Assembly (NCBI GenBank): GCA_965153455.1
Contig: OZ234493.1
Coordinates: forward strand, 5,394,001 to 5,458,000
Direction of reading: 5' to 3'
Source of the DNA: Sphagnum compactum
Lineage: Eukaryota
Length of the DNA: 64,000 nt
Below, piece by piece: positions 11,581-22,226 of this stretch. The notes under the pieces were generated by a model. It did not search any database and was not told where the DNA came from. It worked only from the letters and a program-made list of their open reading frames with translations. Every line of letters begins with the position of its first letter. The first letter of the stretch is position 1. The translations under genes were made by a program, and so were the position numbers.

Positions 11581-13046
11581 GTGATATCGAATGCATCTTT
11601 AGTCTTGAGATCAGAGCCAGGTTTAGTGTACAAGAGGTTGGGAAGAAACCCATTGATGGTCTGTTGCATGGAAGCAATGGTGGATGCAGGAATCGTGTTG
11701 AGCTCCTTGATGACATTGATGGTGCCATTGGCAACAGCTTTTGCATCAAAGAAAACAGAGTAACTGCTACCATTGGCAGGAAGATGCCACATGTATTGTC
11801 TATAAGCTGTGTACTTGCTGAAGAAAACAGGTATGCTTCCAGAAATCAAGCAATCAAACACACCCTTCCTTGTGGCACTATCACCTCTTGGTTGCAAGCA
11901 GAAAACAGAATTCAGAAAAGCTTGAGCAAGGATTTGTGGGCTTCTCTCACAATCCACAACATTGCAGCTGAGAAGAGAACAGAGACCAGGAGAATCCGAG
12001 CATTGGGTCATCAGTTGGCTTCGTAAGGAATGAGCCAGAACAATACCAGGACGAGGAGCACCAGCAAAAAGCACAAGGAATTTCCGTTTGAACCTCAACA
12101 CAGTTCGTTGCCAGGAGAAGATCTGCTCATCTGTGTAAGGATGGAAAGAAGTGGGGTATGGGATTGCTCTCTGATCTTCACTGTAGTAAGCTCTCTCGAT
12201 CGAAAGCTTGGTGACATTCTCCAATTCTTTGATTGTACTGAGTGAGTTCCCCCATCCATCTGCTGCATCCGCAAACTCCCCTCTGTTGTAATCCCAGATA
12301 ATTCTTCCCAACAACAACACATGCTTGTGTCCACCACTGCGCTCCCAGTGAGGACTGCTTTGCAACCACCCAATCAACCTCTGACTCGCTCGATCTTTCT
12401 CCAAGGAGCTTGTGTTGTAAAGCTTGAGAGTCAGGTCCACAGCGCTGTAGAAGGGAATGTAGCTCAAGATGGCCTTGTGGGGATCATCCGTGAGACAAGG
12501 ATACACTTTCAATCTCTCATGGTACAAAAGCTCAAGAGAGAATTGGTGGGTTTTATACCAGGCATCAGGGGGGAGCAAGAAGTTGGAGAGAGGATCGGTA
12601 AAGTTCAGCTTGATTTGGTCTCCCAGTCCCTTGTTTCTCAAACCTCCGCAGATGTGCACCCAAGGAGGATCCACACGACAATCATCCACCAACTGTTTGT
12701 TGAACTGGGGTGGAAGATCATACATGTAGACGTATTTCCCCGCACATTTGGTCCTCGTATCAGCTTCTGGTTCTTCTTGCCTTGATCTGCTCCATGTGGG
12801 CGGCAGCATCTTTTTCTCATCTGATCCTGCTCCACTTCCTCCAGCTCCAGAACCAGCTGCTGTATCGAACAACAGAAGAGATCTTGGACACTGAAAAGAC
12901 ACATCTTGCAAGAGACCCACGAGAACACACAAGCCTATGACCACACACACCACCATCACAAGCATGCTTGAAACCATCCGGATTGAGCCATGAGTGAGCT
13001 TGTGAGCTGGGAGGATGCTCATCATCCGGCTGCCCGGCGGCTGCAT
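11538..13046 (-). CDS. GT47/exostosin-family glycosyltransferase, xyloglucan galactosyltransferase MUR3/XLT2-like
   Basis: Intronless ORF of 502 aa from the ATG at 13046. N-terminal transmembrane helix (MLVMVVCVVIGLCVLVGLL). Family motifs CAGKYVYMYDLPPQFN, WYKTHQFSLELLYH, GGHKHVLLLGRIIWD, AIPYPTSFHP and SVFCLQPRGDSATRKGVFDCLISGSIPVFF. Confidence 0.93.
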   Translation of the reverse strand: MQPPGSRMMSILPAHKLTHGSIRMVSSMLVMVVCVVIGLCVLVGLLQDVSFQCPRSLLLFDTAAGSGAGGSGAGSDEKKMLPPTWSRSRQEEPEADTRTKCAGKYVYMYDLPPQFNKQLVDDCRVDPPWVHICGGLRNKGLGDQIKLNFTDPLSNFLLPPDAWYKTHQFSLELLYHERLKVYPCLTDDPHKAILSYIPFYSAVDLTLKLYNTSSLEKDRASQRLIGWLQSSPHWERSGGHKHVLLLGRIIWDYNRGEFADAADGWGNSLSTIKELENVTKLSIERAYYSEDQRAIPYPTSFHPYTDEQIFSWQRTVLRFKRKFLVLFAGAPRPGIVLAHSLRSQLMTQCSDSPGLCSLLSCNVVDCERSPQILAQAFLNSVFCLQPRGDSATRKGVFDCLISGSIPVFFSKYTAYRQYMWHLPANGSSYSVFFDAKAVANGTINVIKELNTIPASTIASMQQTINGFLPNLLYTKPGSDLKTKDAFDITLENLLLLHSSQNS

Positions 13047-14357
13047 TGAAATGCCAAAGAAATTATCACCCAACAGAATATAGACTTGGATAGTTCTAAA
13101 GACCGTCCAGAGCTGAAAGAGAGCGAGCTTGCTTTCTTTATAACACACGGGGACTTGTTTCCAAGCAAAAAACTAGAATTCGAAGCTCTTCAAGCAGGAG
13201 CTGCCGCTCACTATCTACCATTGAAACAGAAAAAGAAAGTGAAAAGCTAAGGAAGAAAATCTCAAGACTCTTCTAAACCTCACAGAAAACACACCCATCA
13301 TCAGCTGCTGCTTCTTCTTCTTCATCATCAACATCATCGTCATCACAGCATTTTGCAAACTATAGCAGCTGCTTCTTTCTTTCACACAAACACTCTGAAG
13401 ACAACCTGCAAGCATGACCCATTTCAGGGAATATTGTCCAAATGGGAACCAGAAAATTTGCTGCAAGAACGAATGAAGGGAATGTACGGTTGATTTCTTT
13501 CTTTCTTTCTTTCTTTCTTCCTGTGAAGAGATTTGTATTGTTGGATGCAGAAGGGAGGGGAAGAAGGGAACTAGTACTACTTCTTCTGCTGCTTCTGCTG
13601 CTGCTGCTTTCTGTACTAGTGCCAATACTGCAACTCGCTCAGTCCTGTGAATCCTGTTTGCTGGCTGTCTAATGACAATGATATTACTATTATTCTAGTG
13701 TTTGTTGGGTATTTTTATTGGCTGCGGCTGCTTCCCTGGGTAACCAGCATACTTCAATTTTTTCCAAGATGCCTCACGAAATGGTATGCTCGGTATCATG
13801 ATCTGTATATACGCATTAGAATTTTCTGCATTAGAAGTTTCTGCATTAGAAGGTAACAATAATGATATTCATCAGTTTGCTTGTCGTATTCAGGCTTCAA
13901 ATGAGTGACTGGATTTCTTCCTTCTCCACACGCCAGGCTGCCTTCCCTCAAATCTCTCCTCCTTTTCCTTTTTCTTTTGTTTGGTGTAGGATACCGCCTG
14001 AGGACGAGGCCATTATTACCCCAGTCAAATAAATAATAATAATTTTAAATAATAAATAATAATTATAAATTCTGCAAACGTAAAAATTCAAATAACTCAA
14101 CATCCCTCCAAAAATGGAAGAACTCTTCACTCCGAAACAAAATTCTGCCAACCTAAAATTTGGTTTTAGAACCTTCCTTCCCCACCCACCCCCCCCCCCC
14201 CCCCCCCCAAATGCTAGAAAATGTTTGGCAGGTCTGTTGTCTTTCGTCTTTACCCTACCCAGCAAAAAGCACTCATCAATTTTAAGACTTTGCTTGTTTC
14301 CTTCCTTTCTCAACTGTTCTTACCCATGGCCTTTTTCTGTTTGAAAATAAATAAAAA

Positions 14358-14871
14358 CTAGTTTTGTGATACAACATATGTACACATACGGGGTAGTTGT
14401 CGTACCATCACAAGTTCAACATTTCAATGTGGAACATTTATTTTATTGTGTTCCAAAAGTAGAATATTTCAAAAGTTTTTTTTATTTCACTTTGTAATTT
14501 TTTTTTTGAAAAAATATTTCAACATTTCAAATTTTGATATCTCCTTTGCCTTGGGTCTAAAATTTCCCAAATCACCTTCATTAAATCCTACTCATTGAGG
14601 GCTTTCCAACGATACCAAAAGTGCACCCAAAATTTATTCTCTTATAATTTTTAGTTTTGACTTAAATGATTTTTCATCCAACAAAAAAAGTTGTTCAATA
14701 CTCGATAACTTCTTCATTGGTAGTCAAAACATTATGAGCCCAACTGGGTGTACCTTTACTCATCAAAGGCTTTCCAACAATACCAAGAGCATGGCAAGAG
14801 GCACCATGTTTTGGGAGATCTCAACATGACAAACAAAACAAACAAACAAATAACCTTCCTTCATAGATAGA
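14358..14871 (-). mobile_element. Non-autonomous Helitron-like element, apparently complete (~514 bp)
   Basis: Minus strand reads A|TCTATCTATGAAGGAAGG...CCCGTATGTGTACATATGTTGTATCACAAAACTAG|T: 5' TC, 3' CTAG, near-palindrome before the 3' end, inserted between A and T, no TSD. The internal motif GGCTTTCCAAC(G/A)ATACCAA is shared with the copies at 61.5-62.4 kb. Confidence 0.65.
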
Positions 14872-16429
14872 TAAGGAGCAAAGAAAAAAAGTGCCAATCA
14901 TCCCAAGGAAGATTTAGCTAGAATCTGGCTATTTAAATAAATCATATGTGAAAATTGACAAATCTTTTAAATCATCCTTCTACATTTTTGGTCACATAAT
15001 GAAAACCAAATGTAGAAATCTGGTGATTTCTTAAAAAGAAAAATTCACTAATGGCACGATTGAAACCCTACAAAATTATTGCATTTTCAAATTTTTAATT
15101 TCTTTTGGGGCATAATGTGAAAAGAAGGTTCATGATCAATCGTCAAATGATGCAATGATCGAACTTGTTTTTTTATTGAAAATTTGTTGGCTGAGACAAG
15201 AGAGAGGGATCATGTGACCCATATTTTGCTTGCATGCAGGCAACATTAGAGAGCGGCTGTGGGTGAGATAAGCTTCTTGCAATGAGAGGGATTAGCTCTC
15301 TCCTTTGAACTATGTCCAAAACTCAAACTGGTGGGGGGGGGGGGGGGGGGGGTTTAAATTGTTTTCAATTGCCCCTTTCCCAGTAGGCTATTGGAATTTG
15401 GGCCAAGTTTTGGGCAAAACAGAGTCCAGTGTGGGGGCAAAGCTCTGACAAGAGACTCTCTCTACTTTATGGACTTTGTGGTTCATCATGTGTTCATCAT
15501 GTGTGTCCCTTGCAAGTTGTAAGCTGAGGATCATCCTTTTCTTCTTTCAGAAAAATGCTCTGACAAGGTGGTGATAATTGCCCTGGGCACATGCTCCAAG
15601 CATTAGCCCTGTGAGGGCCCAGGCCTCACACCTTGGCACTTTTTTTTTTGGCAAAAAAAACACAGCTAATTTTATTTTTCACAAGACTAAGGAATTTTTT
15701 TTCAGGAGGGTCTGTTATGACATAAAATATCATATTAGTCTCTTTATATATAATTTTTTTAATTTGTAATTTTTTTAACATTAATTAAATGCATGAGCTG
15801 TGAGAATTGTGAGTCACACACACACAATGTGACATTTTGTCACCTTTTTTTAATTAGAACTTATGTGTAACTAAAGATATTAAAAATATTTAGACTATCG
15901 AGCTATTAGCATTCATTAGTTATACATTTTTAGTTCATTGCAATTATGCAATGGAAAGCGAATTGTTCTAACAGGGTCCATGCCAGTGGCTTTCCATTAG
16001 GCTATTGTGATCACAATTTGTTGTGTGTAGCTATCATCAGAGTACTTCTCTGTGTGAAGCCAATAGACCTTGTTTTGTGCACTACATATTTTATCTCAAA
16101 AGTTTGCTTGAGTCATTTTCACGATATGGGCATTTTATTTTATTTTTGGAGGTTTTTTTTTTTTTTGGTGAAGGATGCCTTGAAAAATCTATAGTGATAT
16201 TTCAAAAGTTTTTTTGGGTGAAAATTTGCATAATTTTTTATTTTTTTAGGGTTTGTTGTTGTTGAACTTAAGATTTGTGATCATGGATCCAGTTTTGCTT
16301 GGGAAGGCTTTTCAAAGTCAATAAAATTTAGTGGAGAATACAAATGCAAATCAAAGCCAATAAAAGGCAGTGCAAAATGAAAAAAAAAACTTATTGATGT
16401 GTTGAACCAAAGCTTACGTTCTATAGCTA

Positions 16430-16789
16430 TCAATTGTCACTACTACCACTACCATTTGTGGTCCTCGCTTTCAACGCAGTTTCAAAGAAAGCATTCATTT
16501 GTAGTTGTCCTTGAACTATCATCTGTTTGCCTTTCTTTTTAATTTGTAGCGATTGAAATTTGATGAACTTTGTCATTTTCATTTTCTTCATTTCAAGTTC
16601 CTTCACTATGTGTTTGAAATTAATGATGGCATTTGCAATTGCAAAGGAACAAGTAAACAACCTCCCCCTCTTCCTTGCCTTTTTGTTAGGTTCCCTTTGC
16701 ACAATAGGCAATTTGCATGTCCTAGTTTTAGGACTAGTAGAGTTCAAAAATGGAGTAGCTCCAACATTTGTAAAGTCATCCCAAGACAT
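16430..16789 (-). pseudogene. Fragment resembling the coiled-coil C-terminus of Myb/trihelix-like proteins carried by PIF/Harbinger-type elements
   Basis: ORF contains KKARKR followed by amphipathic AIANAIINFKHIVKELEMKKMKMT...QGQLQMNAFF. No DNA-binding domain or transposase is visible. Confidence 0.3.
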
Positions 16790-17439
16790 TAAAGTTTGTC
16801 TATAAAAGCTATTTAGAATATTTAAAGAATAACATTTTTTTTCTCATTAATATTCACAATCTCTATGTTTAAATGCATCATATGCACACCTTGATCTACT
16901 ACATGACGTATGTAATATAATATATCATGACAAAAAGAATGATATATTTTACCATTGCAAAAATCATGATTTTTTAATCTATTACATTGTGTAACCAATT
17001 TTAGTTTGCCACATCATTGAAATAAACATTCCCATTGTTTTTAAATAATAAAAATAAATCTGTCATGTAATCAAATCACAATGGTAGAGTTAATTTGTTG
17101 TGTGTTACCATATTAGCACTTACAACTATCATTGTGCACATGCACATATAACTAAAAATATAAAATCACCCTAAATGGTGCATCACCCCCAAACTAGCCC
17201 CCTATTTGGGGTTAAGTTCCCTTAAACCAAATAACAACATTGGAGTTTTTTTTGTAAATCTATTGGGAGTGAACAATTTGATTTTAAAGTGCAAAGGTTT
17301 TATTGGTTAGGTGTAAATGTGAACCTCATCATTAATTGCTTAACTACAATCCTCCCAAATCCTTGACCAAATGTGAATCATCATGGGGAAAAACTTAGGA
17401 TAATCTTACTATCTAATTATAAGAATATGTGATTAGGTT

Positions 17440-19600
17440 TGCATAATGCACCAAAGGCAAAACCATTTTCCAATTGGTATTTTTGCCAATGGTGGTATAA
17501 GACATCCCACATGCCAAATCACAAATCAACATAATGACAACCTCTATAAACTGCCCACACAACATACAACATAATTTATTGAAACAATTGGCAAAGATGG
17601 ATTAGCTTGACAATTAACATGCAAAAGATGACATAATGCACAATAATGCATGTGATCCTTCCATGTTTGACATCGTGTCCCTCCAACAATAACACTTTTA
17701 AAGGTAACACCTTTTGTATTTGCAAAATGATACACCTTACAATCACATCCAAAATAGTTAATGTTGTTTTCATATGTACACATAATCTATAAGCTTGAAC
17801 ATAAAGATTTGAGGTTGATAAACACCTTCATTAATAATGACATGTTGAAGTGTATTTCCATGACATTGAACAATTTCCAAATTTTCCATTACCACTAGCA
17901 TTACACATCAAAACAATTATTTGTTCACATGCTTGAAAGCACACATTTGAATCATCCAAATTGAATATTGCCATCACATCTCGTTGAATGGAGTTTGGTA
18001 GCTTAGGTTCATGACCAAACAATAGAAAATGTGGTGAGATTGATGCGAGAAAAACTTGTTAATTAAACTTGTACCCCATAGCAAACCATTGTAGTTGTAA
18101 ATTTTAATATTTAGTATGGCCTTTTTGAACCCCATATCTTCACAAACCTCCTTTCACCATCACAACATCCATTCAACTATTCCATTTGAAATTAACTTTT
18201 GATTCTCCAACAGTGGACAAATTATGTGACAATAATTACCATTAATGAAAAGTCAACATCACTATTGTTGAGGGATATTCATTCCTAAATAATTTTACCA
18301 AATTAACCTCCAAGAATTTTGTGGTCCAAACTTAAATCGAGGCCCTCTCCACCTCATGAGGCGTGTAAAGTTACCTAAAAATCAAATTATCATCTTTAAG
18401 CATGACGCAAATTTCTTGTCCTTTTAATTGGCGTAATTCCTTCAAGTTGAATGCAAAATGTCTAATATAACTTTACAATAATTATTTTATTTCCTGCACC
18501 TCACTTCTTATAACTATTGGACCAATATCTAATTCCCATGTTTATTTTGGTCATTAATATTTTGGGCTATAATGACAAAATACCCTTAACGTTCAAGGTT
18601 AAGGGCGTGGATTGTAATTGTTATGTAAAATGTGGGGATATACTTAATTGATTTGGTGCCCTCACATCACAAACCTCTTGTCCAACACCCAAAAATTTCT
18701 TTTGTTCTTTGATGCCACAATTGCCAAGAATGTACAACTTATTATAACATCACCCCTTTGCATTAACACGGTTGTCCCAACTTATGGGTGCAACAAGTAG
18801 GGTGTGTGGGTGGGCTTAATTGGCCAAAACGTTTTTGTTTTATGAAACCCAAATGTAGGATCCAAGTGAGGCAATTAAAGTTGATGACCTAGCCCAAAAT
18901 TTGCCTTCATGCACCTTTTAAAAGATTTGGCATTATAGTAATGCCCATGTAAAAACCCTATGGTTTGTTCCTTTTCATTTGCATTGGGTTCCTCCATGCG
19001 AGATAAATTGACATCCCAAATCATGCTTAATTTTGCATCTCAAAATGCATGAGATTGAAGAAAATTCAAATTAAATGTGGGTAGGTCTATTCATGGAAGT
19101 CCAACCCTATTGACCGTAGTCAAAGGTGGTCTATCATCATGGTGGATCGCATATGACAAGCGTCCAAGATTTATCATCTAGTATGTCTAACACCACCAAA
19201 TATGTGGGTGAATTCAAAATTAGTTGATATATGTGTTGGATCAGCTTGGGTGGTGTTAGGTTAACCCACATCCATTAGAATTGATGGACACATGAACCAA
19301 TAGTTGTAGCCCCCACTTGCATCAACTTACCAATCCAAGTTCAAATATGTTGCCATTTTGCTAAAGAATCTCCTAGTGGTGGAATATACTTTGACAAACA
19401 TGTATGTATGCAGATATATGGTGCATCTATGAGTGCTTATCGGCACAAACATGAAGTTGTAAAAAATGTAACAAATATTGATTCTATGCAAGCCAACATT
19501 CATGCCCCAGAAAAACCCTCCAAATTTTTGTCTCCAAATGAATTGAAATCTCCCATGCACATATGCCATTTCTCTACAAACCCAATGGTGTAGATGGTGT
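17440..19600 (-). mobile_element. Degenerate Ty3/gypsy LTR-retrotransposon internal fragment (RT N-terminus, integrase C-terminus, PHD finger)
   Basis: Minus strand: LKGQEICVMLKDDNLIFR*LYTPHEVERASI*VWTTKFLEVNLVK (RT start, ~18290-18430); AMGYKFN*QVFLASISPHFLLFGHEPKLPNSIQRDV (integrase core end, ~17980-18080); TLTILDV...VLLLEG..QTWKDH...CALCHL (~17620-17770); then the PHD-like segment. The left boundary is supported by the PHD fragment; the right boundary is approximate. Confidence 0.75.
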
Positions 19601-20702
19601 CCAATTTTAACCATGTATGTGGGAAAAATGAATTTCTGAAGAAATCCCCAAAATGATTATTTTAAATGACTTATTTTTACCAACTAAATTCTTGGTCTAG
19701 TCACTAACCCCTTGTTCACCAATTGGGTATGATGAAAAGTCAAACGAAGGAATTTTTAAAAAAAATATGGATGAAAATATTTTCAAGATGGATGAAAAAT
19801 GAAAAGGCCCAATTATTTTTTTTCCATGTGGCAAATTTGAATTGGCCTCAAACCTACCTCTTTCGAACCTTAGGTTCAAATTTTTGACAAAATAATGACA
19901 GTAGAAATCAGATCCCCCCTTTCCCTCTTATTTTAGGCTTGGCCTTGGGCATGCAATCCTATGGTCAGTAGATTTGGCTTGAGTTTTGGCAAGCTCGAAA
20001 CATAACTAGCAATTACAAACTTCAAGTTCAATTGTCATTGAACCTTTTTTGTGTTGTCACTTCCCCTTCCTTTTATTGCTACAATAGTTGTTGTTGCCTT
20101 TGCACATGCCCCATGTCAATTACAAAAGGGAGGAACTACCTTGCATGCCCCCTTATTGTGTTGCTATTCAAGGTCAACCAATTGATTGTTCATTTTATTT
20201 TTATTTTTTCCCCTCATATTCTGAATTTTTTGTTGCAAAATTTGGCCACCAAAAAAACACTGATGAGCACTTTACAGAAGGAACCCCCATCATGGGCTCA
20301 CGGAAAAGGGGCTTGGGGGAAGAATACAAGGAAGCCAATTAATTGTGAAAGCTAGTCCATTCCAACACCAGTGGAAACTTAGGATGTAGAGTCTAGACTA
20401 GTTACAACCATTGGACAGAAACAAAAAGTATGAAAGATAGGCTTTAAGTATTTAGTTGCTGAATAGAAACAAAAATGTACAACATACCTTGCTAGAAAAG
20501 AATAAAAAGCAAAAAGCAAAAAAATGGAATGAGCCACTCAAGGGCCCTCTCTCTCATTGCTGGGAGGAGGGTGCACCTGAATGAAAAACCTACAACTTGA
20601 TGGAAAAGAGTTGTATATGAGCTTTATAATCATATGAATGGCAGAATTGGTGTGTCACATGTGTGTGCCAAAAAAAGATTTGGGTTTGGAGTTTCATTTC
20701 TC

Positions 20703-21137
20703 TCTATACTTCTTCCTTTTTAGCTAACTCACCCTAAACCCTCAAGTCAATTCACTACCCACTTTGCCACATCCCTTTAGAATATGAGAAAGGTTAAGAA
20801 GGTTAAGGGAAGATTCACAACATATGGCACACTAAGCCTTTTGTTGTTACCATCTCACCTAAGAAGGCACACTAAGCCTTTGGTTCCCCCTCATTAACCT
20901 AGAAGTTGGTTAGGTTCTTGTTTGCCTAGATGCTTAGTTGAACTGGTAAGATCATAAAGTAGAAAAGGTATTCTCTACCCCAAATTGGCTAGTGATGAAG
21001 GTGCACTCGTTGCGATGTGTGGAAGAGATGAGGAATGCCTCCTAAGCACCACAACACACTCCAAAATTGCACTCACATGCGCATGCATGCTAGAGGTCTA
21101 AGGACACACACACACACACACACACACACGCAACTAG
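20703..21137 (+). mobile_element. Possible non-autonomous Helitron-like element
   Basis: Starts TCTATACTTCTT and ends (CA)n-CGCAACTAG|T. Internal duplicated GGCACACTAAGCCTTT. The 5' flank is not A, so support is weaker. Confidence 0.3.
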
Positions 21138-22226
21138 TTTTATAAAGTTGAAGACATTCTTATTCTTAATGTACACATAAATGAGAAATATGAATTAATC
21201 TTGGACCATTTCCCATAAAACATGCATGAAATGGAGTAGGTTTCATCCACTCCAAGTGGATTCCACTGTTCTCACCTAAACCCTCTACTCTGTCACATGG
21301 TTTGCATCAACTGAAATCATGAATGAATGGGTAGCTTTGATTTGAGTTGCTCAAAGAATTTTTTTGCTGGATATGCAAGAGCATCTCCTTGATCCTTTGT
21401 AAACCAACAGCAGTTCCCATGTCTCAAGAGTCCAGGAAATATATGATGCCCCATTGCAGAGAGGAGGTGAGGTAATTAGCAAGTAAGCTTTTTTCTGGTT
21501 GTGATCTCCACCAAGATCATGAACCTTTGAAGCCTCAAAATTTGTCTCAGCTGCACAAAATGCAGTCCACTTCCCCTGGATTCCTATCATAGAAGAATGA
21601 GCAAATCTGAATTACCCAAATGTCTTGAAGCAAGGGATTCCATAGAGACAGATAACAACATCCTAGGGATTCTAGTATTCACAAGTAATAAACCACAAAA
21701 TCTGAACAAAAAAGCTCACATTTGACAAGAATTATGCTCTAACAAGGACAAGTTCTTCCAGGACTGGAAATGACTGCATCAACTCCTGACAAATGGGTGT
21801 TGGAGGCCAATGTCAGACGTTAACCGGCATACTGAGTTTGTGTCAGAAGACCAGCAGTGACAGGAACTGGAAGACTAAGCCATGATGCATGGGTGACTGA
21901 CTAGCTTGCAAATGAATAAATAAGAGAGATGGGAGGTAACAAAGGAAACCGAGAAGGAAAGTGGAAACACAAAGAAAGTTCATAAGCACCATCATACACT
22001 ACAAATTGATTTCAGCCTCTCCTTGTTGGTAACCATTGTATCCATGATACAGAGCTTACATGTGGAAAATACACTAACTAGAGCCAATTGAAGTGTTGTT
22101 GATGAGACCTCCGTTAGACACAACCTGATGTTTGTGGAATTCAAGTTTCTGATCTGCAAATGGCAGCAGCAGCAGCACCTCTATCAACAATATCCACGTG
22201 AATGAATGGGTTTGAGTTCTGTACAA

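Noticed and set aside
13047-13625. Upstream extension of the GT47 ORF to 13148 and ORF 13215-13625
   Set aside because: Non-ATG starts and low-complexity microsatellite-derived translation; likely 5' UTR.
14180-15352. Poly-C (14180-14208) and poly-G (15334-15352) runs as an inverted pair or G-quadruplex switch
   Set aside because: Homopolymer runs recur elsewhere in the window (44384, 52287) and the flanks are not complementary.
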